This document shows, piece by piece, positions 20,209 through 28,996 of a stretch of 64,000 nucleotides of DNA. Numbering within the stretch: the first letter of the stretch is position 1; every line of letters starts with the position of its first letter. The notes beneath the pieces are model-generated. The model was not told the origin of the DNA and made no database searches. It was given only the letters and a program-made list of their open reading frames with translations. This DNA is from a virus: positions 26,840 to 90,839 of the IMG/VR virus record IMGVR_UViG_3300031576_000018; one strand, 5' to 3'. The position numbers were made by a program, and so were the translations under genes.

Positions 20209-21348
20209 GTGTTAATTCCTGCGTCCTTTACTGTAAACTACGCACCGGGAGCTACCCCTTATTTATTTACTGGGCAAAATGCTTACACGATTTTTGTAAC
20301 CAGTCTTGTTTCTACTGGTTGGACATACACACACGGAGCGGGTAGCTTATCAAACACCAGAATCTATCAAAAGACGATTAATGGTGTTTTAAAGTATCTG
20401 AGCATAGCGCTTAGCTTCAACACCGGTAGTTTCGCTTCTGTAGATACTTCGGTGGTTGGTTCTACCTGGTTTAGACCTCTGCTTTTTTGGAGACTGGGGG
20501 ATTCTTTTTCTGTCGTAGACGCTAACAACGGATTAGTATCTGCGCCTTTTTTAGCAGGAAACCTCGCTTTAAATTGTGTTAGAACTCAAAACAGCGCACC
20601 TGGTGTTTCCGTAGACCCTGATGATCCTGGAGTGGTTTTTATAAACAGATTCTTCCAGCCTACGCATACCGCCAAGTGGTTTTCTTTCCGTTCTTCTGAT
20701 TCGTATGCAATCGCCTACTGTATTTTTGACAGTCTTAACCAACCCATTTTTATGGATGGTATAATGTTCCATGGTATTAGCTCGTATAACCCCGTATACA
20801 ACGTGTTAAACGTAGCTTGTTTAAACCCACGAACGGGTAATAATTTATTGAGCATTGATACAACAAACGGACCGCAAACGCATCAAAATGTAATTTTTTC
20901 AAGCAAACCTCCTTTTCCAGGCGGAAACCTTTTTCTTGTGGGAAATACTGATATTGACTCTATTTTCTCTGCACCGGATATCTCAAAAAAGAATACGCTA
21001 GAAAGACCACCGAACACTGTGTTTAGGGCTTATCCAAGGATAGCTGCAACCCCTAGTCTAAATAGTCCAAAGGCTTGTAAGATTGTAGAGAACTACATGG
21101 TTATACAAGAACCAGACGCAGGTATCGCACGGCCCGGAGTTATTACTTTGAGCGATCATACTTTGTCAGGAGTTATAAACTATCTTCTTGTGTTTGGTCA
21201 TACTAACGGTATTGTCTCTGACTTTTCTTTAGCTTTATCTACGAGTCCTGCATTTGCAGACTTTTATAACAGCGCGTTTGGGGCTAGACTACCTATTACA
21301 GGTAGCCCTGTATACAACGTATCTTACATGATTGGACCCAGTATATAA
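20209..21348 (+). CDS. Putative tail protein, array member 5 (distant)
   Basis: N-terminal helix + GWT pattern; abuts previous gene. Confidence 0.45.
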   Translation: MLIPASFTVNYAPGATPYLFTGQNAYTIFVTSLVSTGWTYTHGAGSLSNTRIYQKTINGVLKYLSIALSFNTGSFASVDTSVVGSTWFRPLLFWRLGDSFSVVDANNGLVSAPFLAGNLALNCVRTQNSAPGVSVDPDDPGVVFINRFFQPTHTAKWFSFRSSDSYAIAYCIFDSLNQPIFMDGIMFHGISSYNPVYNVLNVACLNPRTGNNLLSIDTTNGPQTHQNVIFSSKPPFPGGNLFLVGNTDIDSIFSAPDISKKNTLERPPNTVFRAYPRIAATPSLNSPKACKIVENYMVIQEPDAGIARPGVITLSDHTLSGVINYLLVFGHTNGIVSDFSLALSTSPAFADFYNSAFGARLPITGSPVYNVSYMIGPSI

Positions 21349-22109
21349 TGGCAACATTTAGACACATAGGATTTTTCGCTAAAGATTTGCATTTTAAGCT
21401 ACTTCAAGTGCTAACAGGCATTCATTTTATTACAACGTCTAATACTTTAGTTAATGGGTTTGGAGAAACACTACACGAACCTATATCTGATTTGCAGCCG
21501 TTTAAGTTGAGGATAAGAAGTCAGGCTGGGCCGGCTGGTGGAATTAACCTCTCTATCGGTTTTGACGGGTCTACAGCGGTTGCCCAAAACTACCAAATTC
21601 TGCTAGCAGGAACGGGTTTAAATCTTTACGGATTCGTGGGTCTGAACGCTGACAATAAGATACTGTTCTGGTTTACACTTTTTAACCTCAATCAAGTTAT
21701 AGGCCCTTACACATTTGTCTTACAGAATGTTTATGAAAAGTTCTATGCCAGTGATTTAGGGCTAGTTATAATCAATAGCAACTTCCGTTCTAACGAGATA
21801 TGGGGAGATCCCGCAGGCGTACAATACCCAACCACAGCAGGAAATATGACTTTACTTAACAATGTCTCTAGTATTTCTGGGGTAGGTAATGTAGATGGTG
21901 TGGGTCAGCACGCCGCTTTTGTAGGTGTAATAAGTAGAGATGCGGCTTTATCCAATGCAGGCGCGAGAGGATTAACTCAGGATGATACTTTTTTCCTCTT
22001 TGGACAAAACACAGAGTTGGTTAACCTCAGTCAAATTCAAGTGGATGGACAACCCTGTTTAATTGTTCCTATCGCCGCAGGCAAACAAGCTGCAGTTTAT
22101 TTCCCTTAA
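21348..22109 (+). CDS. Putative tail protein, array member 6 (distant)
   Basis: C-terminal RG..D.F..NLSQIQVDG resembles the C-terminus of the 16285 gene. Confidence 0.45.
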   Translation: MATFRHIGFFAKDLHFKLLQVLTGIHFITTSNTLVNGFGETLHEPISDLQPFKLRIRSQAGPAGGINLSIGFDGSTAVAQNYQILLAGTGLNLYGFVGLNADNKILFWFTLFNLNQVIGPYTFVLQNVYEKFYASDLGLVIINSNFRSNEIWGDPAGVQYPTTAGNMTLLNNVSSISGVGNVDGVGQHAAFVGVISRDAALSNAGARGLTQDDTFFLFGQNTELVNLSQIQVDGQPCLIVPIAAGKQAAVYFP

Positions 22110-22144
22110 ATTAACTCAACTATTTTCTTGACACCTATTAACCC

Positions 22145-22184
22145 ATTTATTTTGTTTACAATTTAGTCTTTTTATGGTATAATA
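22145..22184 (+). promoter_or_regulatory. Repeated sigma70-type promoter P1
   Basis: TTTATTTTG-TTTACA(22155-60)-17 bp-TGG TATAAT(22178-83). Confidence 0.9.
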
Positions 22185-22216
22185 TTAGCTGTTACCAACA
22201 AAGTATTAACCATTTT

Positions 22217-22247
22217 AAATAGTGTGGGAAATTTCCCACACTATTTT
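22217..22247 (+). terminator. 30-bp perfect palindrome, terminator/attenuator-like
   Basis: AAATAGTGTGGGAAA|TTTCCCACACTATTT just downstream of P1. Confidence 0.6.
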
Positions 22248-22264
22248 AGTTAGAGGAGAAAGTT

Positions 22265-22477
22265 ATGCACGCACATTTATTTCTTACAAAGGTCTTTTTA
22301 TGTGTTCAGGATTTTTATACAGTTAACTCAATTCTGCCTACTTTTGGGTTGTCTGCCCATTATGAAGCTACTCGAACACTAACCCCAGACGGGGATATGT
22401 ACGTAATTAAACTAAGTAATAAAAGCCACTGGTTTACTCCAGAGGAGTTTAAGGTCTACTTTCAGGAGGTCAAATGA
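22265..22477 (+). CDS. Hypothetical early protein
   Basis: RBS GAGGAG; first ORF after P1. Confidence 0.7.
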   Translation: MHAHLFLTKVFLCVQDFYTVNSILPTFGLSAHYEATRTLTPDGDMYVIKLSNKSHWFTPEEFKVYFQEVK

Positions 22478-22755
22478 AAACAATTTCTTCAGAAGAGTGG
22501 GAAGAATCTTATGGGATTCATCTAGACGAGTGGGGTAATCCAAAACCTTACGAAACGTACGGGGATGACCTGCAGGTTGTATTGGAGAATAGGAACAAAG
22601 TTTGGACAATGCTAGAAACTGATAATGAAGAATCAGACGAGAATGGTTATGTAGACAATACTTTAGTTGTTAGTGGCTATCATTGGGTAAATCGTATTCA
22701 TCATTTCATAGGTACAAAAGATGTTCCAGCAGAAGATATACAAGTAGATTGGTAG
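22474..22755 (+). CDS. Hypothetical acidic phage protein
   Basis: RBS GGAGG; YETYG..VWT..SGYHWVNR. Confidence 0.75.
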   Translation: MKTISSEEWEESYGIHLDEWGNPKPYETYGDDLQVVLENRNKVWTMLETDNEESDENGYVDNTLVVSGYHWVNRIHHFIGTKDVPAEDIQVDW

Positions 22756-22764
22756 AAAAAGATT

Positions 22765-22998
22765 ATGGAAGAAGAATTTCAAAGTTTAACAATAAGACAA
22801 TTTGCAGAGCAAGAAGACGTTGATTTAGATGAAACAATCTATAGGCTATGTACGCACGACTTTTTACTGGCTTTGGATCAAATGGAATTTTCAGAAAAGT
22901 TAAATAAAAAGGTATTGGGTAAGTTTAGTCCCAATTTAATCTCAGGTAAATTGCAATTCAAGACTTCATTAGATACCGAATGGTTTAAAGCTGTTTAA
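22765..22998 (+). CDS. Hypothetical protein
   Basis: ORF in operon. Confidence 0.6.
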   Translation: MEEEFQSLTIRQFAEQEDVDLDETIYRLCTHDFLLALDQMEFSEKLNKKVLGKFSPNLISGKLQFKTSLDTEWFKAV

Positions 22999-23020
22999 GT
23001 TGAAGAAATAACCTAAGTGG

Positions 23021-23080
23021 TTAACTCAGCTAATCTATTCATTTATTTTGTTTACAATTATAGGTTTATATGGTATAATA
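23021..23080 (+). promoter_or_regulatory. Repeated sigma70-type promoter P2
   Basis: TTAACTCAGCTAATCTA..TTTATTTTG-TTTACA(23051-56)-17-TATAAT(23074-79). Confidence 0.9.
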
Positions 23081-23138
23081 TAGACTATCTTTAGGATATT
23101 TTCCTTTAGATTTTTAGGCAATTTTTATTTTACGTTAG

Positions 23139-23174
23139 TTAGGTGTAGGGAGTTTTCCCACACCTAATTTTTTT
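23139..23174 (+). terminator. Intrinsic terminator within P2 leader
   Basis: TTAGGTGT-aGGGA gttt TCCC-ACACCTAA followed by T7. Confidence 0.7.
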
Positions 23175-23197
23175 ACTTTAATGGGAGAAAAGATAAT

Positions 23198-23428
23198 ATG
23201 AAAAATAACTTAAAAGCTATTTTTGCTCTAGGGCAAATGTTACAACACATTTCAAGCAGCGATACGCATAGGGCTGTGACAGAAAACAAACCAGCTTCAC
23301 ACACTTTTTATCCAGACGGAGTTCCTTTTATGTCCGAATTGTTACCACAAAAAAGAAAGCGTAAAAAGAAAGATAAACTAAGTAGGTCTGAGAGAAAGAA
23401 AAAAAAGACAAGTGGTCAGCTCAAATGA
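23198..23428 (+). CDS. Hypothetical protein with basic C-terminal tail
   Basis: RBS GGGAG; Lys/Arg-rich end. Confidence 0.6.
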   Translation: MKNNLKAIFALGQMLQHISSSDTHRAVTENKPASHTFYPDGVPFMSELLPQKRKRKKKDKLSRSERKKKKTSGQLK

Positions 23429-23655
23429 ATGAATTTGACGCAGCGTTAGATAACTTGGCAAAGACTGGAGATGTAACATATCTTCAGGAGTGTAGAGAAT
23501 GGCTTGCTAAAAAACAAAATAGCCTGGGGTGTAACCACGATGACTTAGAAGAGTTGGATAAACTTGTTAAGATGATTCGTTTTCTAGACGGAACAATTAA
23601 AGTATTTACGAACTTTTCTAATATGGGAAGAGCTGAATGTGGAAATCCAAGATAA
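23425..23655 (+). CDS. Hypothetical protein
   Basis: ATGA-coupled ORF. Confidence 0.6.
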   Translation: MNEFDAALDNLAKTGDVTYLQECREWLAKKQNSLGCNHDDLEELDKLVKMIRFLDGTIKVFTNFSNMGRAECGNPR

Positions 23656-23929
23656 CGACTTATATATCGCTATGACGAGAACGGAGATAAGTTCACATCT
23701 TGTCAAACTATCAGATGAGCTTAGTAAGCTAATATCGGAATTTGTTCTCCTTAAGGATGACCTAGAGGACGTTCTCCAACTAAACAAGACAAATCCGTTT
23801 AGTTTAATCGGTCAGAAAGTAGGTCATAATCTACAGCAAATAGACAATATGTTTAATACAGTTAAACGAGATATCAACCATCTTGGGGATAGACACCGGA
23901 GATGGTGGGAGGAAATAGAAAGTGTTTAA
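23639..23929 (+). CDS. Hypothetical coiled-coil protein
   Basis: Overlapping ORF in operon. Confidence 0.55.
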   Translation: MEIQDNDLYIAMTRTEISSHLVKLSDELSKLISEFVLLKDDLEDVLQLNKTNPFSLIGQKVGHNLQQIDNMFNTVKRDINHLGDRHRRWWEEIESV

Positions 23930-25811
23930 TGAACAACAGTTAGCAGCGATACAACACCGAGAAGGGCCTGCCATTGTTTTAGCTGCAGCAGGGTCTGGTA
24001 AGAGTACATTGATTGTAGGAAGAATAAAAGAGCTTATAGAGAGTGGAGTAAAGCCTGGGCGTATTCTCACCATTACCTTCTCCAAAGCCAGTGTAGAAGA
24101 CCTCAAGAAGAAGTGTGACAAGCTGAACTTAACGGGTGTGGAAATAAGAAGTTTCCACTCTCTGGGCTTTTGGATTGTTCGTACAGAGGTCGAACACTTA
24201 AGACTACTTCCACTATCTTTGCATTACAAGAAGGGAGTAAAAGTATTTACTGAAAATTCCCAAGGTTTCTTTATGCGAAAGTTTATCAAAGATAACGACT
24301 ACAAGGTAGACTTTGGTTCTGCCTTGGGTGTGATTGGAATGTTTAAACGGAATCTGATAACTGTAGAAGAAGTAGGAAGATACTTGGCGGAGCACTATTG
24401 GGAAAATGCCCCGATGTGGCTACACATTTACGAAGCCTACGAAGCATTTAAGCGTGAACAAAATTCCATTGATTTTGATGACATGATTTTCATAGCCGTT
24501 AAACTATTGGGGATTGAGGGGATTCGTAAAAAGTGGCAAACCTTCTTTGACTATATGATGGTGGATGAAGCACAAGATAACTCGTTAATGCAGTTTCAAC
24601 TCCCACAGGCTTTAGCAGGAGAAGAGAATAACATTATGATTGTAGGAGATGACTTCCAGGCTATCTATTCTTTTAACGGGAGTCGAGTAGAACAGTTTTT
24701 AAATTTTCCTAATCTTTCTCCTAAGACACAGGTTTACTTGTTGGAGAAGAACTACCGTTCTGGAGAACCTATTTTGGAGTTGGGCAACAAGTTAGTCCGA
24801 TACATGGATAACCCCTTTCAAAAGCAAGTGCAAGCTACCAGAAATGGACAGGGTGCGTCCATAAACTATCAGCAGTACATTGACTCAGAGGAAGAGGGTT
24901 TGGGGATTGTAGAACAAATTATGATGAGTAGCGAGGATACTCCGTATGAAGACATGTTGTGTCTTTACAGAACCCATGCCCAATCCAGGGCAATAGAAGA
25001 TGCCCTTATCCGTTCTAGAATACCTTATGTGATCGTTGGGGGAATATCCTTTTATCAGAGAAAAGAGGTAAAAGACGTTCTTTCTATGTTGATGATAGCC
25101 TACGACTCTAGAAAGTACGAAGATCATATAGCCAGAGTAGTTAATATTTCTTCAAATGATTTCCCTTATCCTACAAGAAGACTGGGAAAAGAATTTATAG
25201 CTGAAATGAAGGCTTACGCTAAAAAAGAAGGTGTGTCTTACGCAGAGGCGTTAAGTGGAATGAGACTAACTGATTTCCAACGTAAAGGGGTCAGAGATTT
25301 CTCCGCTTTCTTAGGTATGCTTCGCAAAGAAGAAACATTAGCCAAACAGATAGAAGTATTCTTAGATAAGGGATACCTGCGTTATGTTCGTAACGAGTTG
25401 GGTCTACAGGATGACGAAAGCTGTGACCGAATAGAGATGATTAACGAGCTAAAATACTTTGTCTCTCTCTACCCAGACCCAGAAGAATTGTTCAGCTATG
25501 TTGAGCAAATATGGGATGGTTCTCAATCTAAGGATGAGGGAGTACGACTGATGACTTTGCATAAGTCCAAAGGATTAGAAGCCCATACCGTGTTTTTACC
25601 TGGGTTAAATCAGGGAATCTTACCTCACAAGAACGCAGGAAGACTGCAAAAAGGGGAACCTTCTGGTTCTCTTGAAGAAGAGAGAAGATTGTGTTACGTT
25701 GGAGTAACCAGAGCAACGCATAAACTTTATATCAGCCGGTTTCGTTGTAAAGAGGAGAAAGTATTCGCGCCTTCCTACTTTCTTAAAGAAATGGGCTTAA
25801 TAGAATATTAA
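23922..25811 (+). CDS. uvrD: UvrD/PcrA-type SF1 DNA helicase
   Basis: AAAGSGKS, VDEAQD, VGDDFQAIYSF, NYRS, MTLHKSKGLE, EEERRLCYVGVTRA. Confidence 0.97.
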   Translation: MFNEQQLAAIQHREGPAIVLAAAGSGKSTLIVGRIKELIESGVKPGRILTITFSKASVEDLKKKCDKLNLTGVEIRSFHSLGFWIVRTEVEHLRLLPLSLHYKKGVKVFTENSQGFFMRKFIKDNDYKVDFGSALGVIGMFKRNLITVEEVGRYLAEHYWENAPMWLHIYEAYEAFKREQNSIDFDDMIFIAVKLLGIEGIRKKWQTFFDYMMVDEAQDNSLMQFQLPQALAGEENNIMIVGDDFQAIYSFNGSRVEQFLNFPNLSPKTQVYLLEKNYRSGEPILELGNKLVRYMDNPFQKQVQATRNGQGASINYQQYIDSEEEGLGIVEQIMMSSEDTPYEDMLCLYRTHAQSRAIEDALIRSRIPYVIVGGISFYQRKEVKDVLSMLMIAYDSRKYEDHIARVVNISSNDFPYPTRRLGKEFIAEMKAYAKKEGVSYAEALSGMRLTDFQRKGVRDFSAFLGMLRKEETLAKQIEVFLDKGYLRYVRNELGLQDDESCDRIEMINELKYFVSLYPDPEELFSYVEQIWDGSQSKDEGVRLMTLHKSKGLEAHTVFLPGLNQGILPHKNAGRLQKGEPSGSLEEERRLCYVGVTRATHKLYISRFRCKEEKVFAPSYFLKEMGLIEY

Positions 25812-25855
25812 CTCACTCCATGAGCAGACTTTGCTTTCTCCCATTAAACAAGCAC

Positions 25856-25886
25856 AGATGGGGGTTACTCCCCCTCTATTTTTTTT
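25856..25886 (+). terminator. Intrinsic terminator after uvrD
   Basis: AGAtGGGGG ttact CCCCCTCT followed by A and T8. Confidence 0.75.
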
Positions 25887-25893
25887 ATAAACT

Positions 25894-27153
25894 ATGAGAA
25901 GACAACTAAAACTATATAGCTTTCATCCCCACATAATTTATGAACCTGTAGAAACCTTAATCGAGATTCTATCGGTTAATGGGTATGGGGTTAGAAAGAA
26001 TACCCAGAGTGTAAAGGTCAGAGACTTTGTAATTTCTTGGAAACCTGCTTTAAGCGTAGAGATGATTCAAACACAATTCCCCTACACCATCTACTACCCC
26101 TCTGGAGCTGTAGGAGAGGCCACAGAAACAGATATTTGCCAGTTGGTAGAGGAAATACAAGGAGTAGACTATAGTGTTAAACGTAAAGTCTCAGAAGGCA
26201 TTATCCAACATAACCAGGTAGAAGAGTTATTAAATGATACCAAAATGGTACTACTCCCAAAATGTGAAAACCTAAGAGTCTATATTAGCCGTAGAAAGAA
26301 AGTAAAATTTTATCAGGCCGGTAAACATGAAGTGCAATACTGTGACACAGCTATTACAATGGAGCCTGTTTCTGGGAGTGTAGACATTATCGATTGCTTT
26401 CCAGAGTTGAAAGAGGCACTAAGTAAACTGGACAACGATTTAAACTTTATTGTAGAAGGCTGGTTGTATCATCCTAATTACAATCCAAAGGCATTCCTAA
26501 AAACAATCGTTCAGAGAGAGGAAGGAGTCTTTTCTCGTAGAGGTCAGGATTCACCTAAGCTAGTTTTAAGTGACATTCACCTCTACGGAGTAGAAGATTA
26601 CTCTCAATTGAAGTTTAAAGCTAGGAGAGCTATCCTAGAGCATTTCTACAGCCTTCTCGATACAAAGTCAGTCTGGTTGGGAAAAGTTTTATATGAAAAG
26701 GATAAGAAGGATTACTTCAGTAGACACCTAGGTAAGGCATTTAAGTTTGTGTTTGTCGACACCAGAAGGACGCTAGCAGACCAACATATCTTACCTATCT
26801 TTAAATCCTATTGCCACTTCCATGCTGTAGTCTGTGAGGTCAAGTTTGGAGATAAGCCGTTGGCCCAGTCCATTACTTTTGGATTTTACGTGGAGAATAT
26901 GGACACAGTTATCGCGTATATGGAGTTGAAGCTGGATAATTTTTCTGGTATTGATAAACACAAACTCTTAATTAAAACAAATGCCTCCTTCTGGAAGAAC
27001 AGAGTTGTAAAATTAAGAGGCTATGTCACACCACAGTTTGAATTTATAAATATTAAAGTACTGAAGTATTGGGGGATTGAGTATATCAATGACTACAGAG
27101 TCTGTACAATCGAAAGATTTAAGAGAGAATCCGTGGAAGAACGAAGAGGTTAA
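25894..27153 (+). CDS. Degenerate ATP-dependent DNA ligase-like protein
   Basis: PKCENLR (motif I KxDGxR), IVEGWL (III, LDGEL), LSDIHLY..FKARRAILE (IIIa region). Confidence 0.55.
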   Translation: MRRQLKLYSFHPHIIYEPVETLIEILSVNGYGVRKNTQSVKVRDFVISWKPALSVEMIQTQFPYTIYYPSGAVGEATETDICQLVEEIQGVDYSVKRKVSEGIIQHNQVEELLNDTKMVLLPKCENLRVYISRRKKVKFYQAGKHEVQYCDTAITMEPVSGSVDIIDCFPELKEALSKLDNDLNFIVEGWLYHPNYNPKAFLKTIVQREEGVFSRRGQDSPKLVLSDIHLYGVEDYSQLKFKARRAILEHFYSLLDTKSVWLGKVLYEKDKKDYFSRHLGKAFKFVFVDTRRTLADQHILPIFKSYCHFHAVVCEVKFGDKPLAQSITFGFYVENMDTVIAYMELKLDNFSGIDKHKLLIKTNASFWKNRVVKLRGYVTPQFEFINIKVLKYWGIEYINDYRVCTIERFKRESVEERRG

Positions 27154-27478
27154 GACAGAACTCCAGTTTAAAATGTGGCTACAGAACTTTGAGCTTCAGG
27201 CTATCGCAGACGAACTAATTGAGGGGGTGTACAGGGGAAAATGGTGTACCTATATTGCAACAGACTCTAAAATTTACAGATTTAGACCTGTAAGAGGATT
27301 TGAAGGGCCAAAGGTTCGTTGGCGTATCGAAGTCTTTGTAAAACAACTAACTTTTGAAGTTAACGAAGAGCTTTCACAAGTACGAACAGTTGAGAAGGAT
27401 AAACTCATTGCCAATTTTCAAGTCTACGGAAAACACCAAGGATTAAAAACAGCTATAGAGGAGATATTCAAATGTTAA
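27077..27478 (+). CDS. Hypothetical protein
   Basis: ORF in operon; start uncertain. Confidence 0.55.
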   Translation: MSISMTTESVQSKDLRENPWKNEEVKTELQFKMWLQNFELQAIADELIEGVYRGKWCTYIATDSKIYRFRPVRGFEGPKVRWRIEVFVKQLTFEVNEELSQVRTVEKDKLIANFQVYGKHQGLKTAIEEIFKC

Positions 27479-27699
27479 CTTTAGTTGATACAAAAGGGAA
27501 CATGGTTAATTTAGACATTAATATGGTAGAAAGCTTTTTAATTGATAAAGAGAAAACTAAGTTTTCATTACGGGTGTGGCGAATGGACGAACCCACGCTT
27601 ATGAGGTTGCCAACAGACTTTATCATAACAAAGACAGAAGCTAAGATATTCTGTGAAATGTGGGTTCAGTCTCACTTAGTTAGAATAGGGGCTAAATAA
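27472..27699 (+). CDS. Hypothetical protein
   Basis: RBS GAGGAG. Confidence 0.65.
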   Translation: MLTLVDTKGNMVNLDINMVESFLIDKEKTKFSLRVWRMDEPTLMRLPTDFIITKTEAKIFCEMWVQSHLVRIGAK

Positions 27700-27885
27700 A
27701 TGAGGGAGTATCAATTAAACGCGGTTGTTGAAAACTTTGACCAAATTACCGAGTACATTATCCAAGAACTTGTTCCTGTTGTAGTTCTAGAAGAGCAGGT
27801 TAAAAGAATGATCATCTTACCTTGGGAAGATTACTTTACGATAAAATGTAGGCTACTAAAGGTTGAGTTGAAGGAAAATACTTAA
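27700..27885 (+). CDS. Hypothetical protein
   Basis: Abutting ORF. Confidence 0.55.
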   Translation: MREYQLNAVVENFDQITEYIIQELVPVVVLEEQVKRMIILPWEDYFTIKCRLLKVELKENT

Positions 27886-28257
27886 GTGGATAAAATGGAA
27901 CTGCTTAAGCAAGCACAACAGAAAGTAGAGAGAAAGAAGAAAACCCTTTCTAAAAAATCAGCCAAGAAGCAAATATTGAGTTATTTCAGAATGAGGTATA
28001 AAGAACAATACCAAGAAACCTATGTTCCCAGTGCAAATGTACAGTTTACTCTGGAGCACATCTTAGGTTTATTTGATGAAGACTTAACGCTCTTAAAACA
28101 ATCCATTGACTGGTTAATGAAACACTATGAGGAAATGCCAAATATTAATCTAGATGTATTCCCTAGACCGTCTATTGTTGTTTTACATAGGTGGGGAAGC
28201 TATATCTCACAACAGCTAAATAAGCCAGAAATTGATCCAAGATTTGGAATACTATAG
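27886..28257 (+). CDS. Hypothetical protein, possibly initiator C-terminal-domain-like
   Basis: Ends in IDPRFGIL, like the initiator's DYDPKTGIL. Confidence 0.55.
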   Translation: MDKMELLKQAQQKVERKKKTLSKKSAKKQILSYFRMRYKEQYQETYVPSANVQFTLEHILGLFDEDLTLLKQSIDWLMKHYEEMPNINLDVFPRPSIVVLHRWGSYISQQLNKPEIDPRFGIL

Positions 28258-28266
28258 GAGGTTGGT

Positions 28267-28644
28267 ATGAAGAAACAGAAAGTGATAAGAATAGAAAAAC
28301 CAGAAAATTTAATGTCCGGTTTAATATCTGCGTCACAACGCATTAAACGAGTAAGACATTACTTTTATGCGTGTAAAGTCTGAGAACGTTTTGCCTTTCT
28401 CTCTGCCCAAGAAGATATTGAAAAAGAGGTTGTGGGTGAGTTGGTTTCTTTGGGGTTTAAAGAGATAGATACGTGCGGATTAGTAGAAGACAAGTATTAC
28501 CTTATTGTAGACTTTGAGAAAATGAAATTTATGTTTGTTGAAGAAATTTATGAACTAGATGATTTTTCCACGCCTGGTTTTTATCTAGAACAGTTGATAT
28601 TTAACGAGCACACAACAAATTGGGCAAATAACTCAGAAGATTAA
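28267..28644 (+). pseudogene. ORF interrupted by one in-frame TGA (28381-28383)
   Basis: GGAGG RBS + ATG 28267, in frame with track ORF 28432..28644. Confidence 0.6.
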
Positions 28645-28653
28645 GACAGGTAA

Positions 28654-28700
28654 TTAACTCGTTTATTTTGTTTACAATTATACCTTTTTATGGTATAATA
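28654..28700 (+). promoter_or_regulatory. Repeated sigma70-type promoter P3
   Basis: TTAACTCG TTTATTTTG-TTTACA(28671-76)-17-TATAAT(28694-99). Confidence 0.9.
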
Positions 28701-28753
28701 TTTAGACTTTCAGGCAGTTTTAACTAAATTTATTTTAATTGGGAGAATAAAAA

Positions 28754-28996
28754 ATGATGACAACAATTCCGTTTACAGTTTCTATACTGGCAAAACCATT
28801 AAAGGAGATAATCACACAACTTAACTTTGTGAAAGCGCACAAAGCAGTTATCCCAGAGCTAGAGAATGTTGTTTTGGAGAAAGACGATAAAGGTTGTCTA
28901 CAACTTTGTGGAACAGACTTAGAAGTTTACATGACAGTTTCTACTAAAATTCGTGTAGCCGGTGACTTTAAACCAGGAGATAAAAAATATTTGTAA
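28754..28996 (+). CDS. Stand-alone fragment resembling the DNA Pol III beta-clamp N-terminus
   Basis: IPELENVVLE..LQLCGTDLEV matches DnaN LPILGNLLL..LSLTGTDLE; only 80 aa. Confidence 0.7.
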   Translation: MMTTIPFTVSILAKPLKEIITQLNFVKAHKAVIPELENVVLEKDDKGCLQLCGTDLEVYMTVSTKIRVAGDFKPGDKKYL

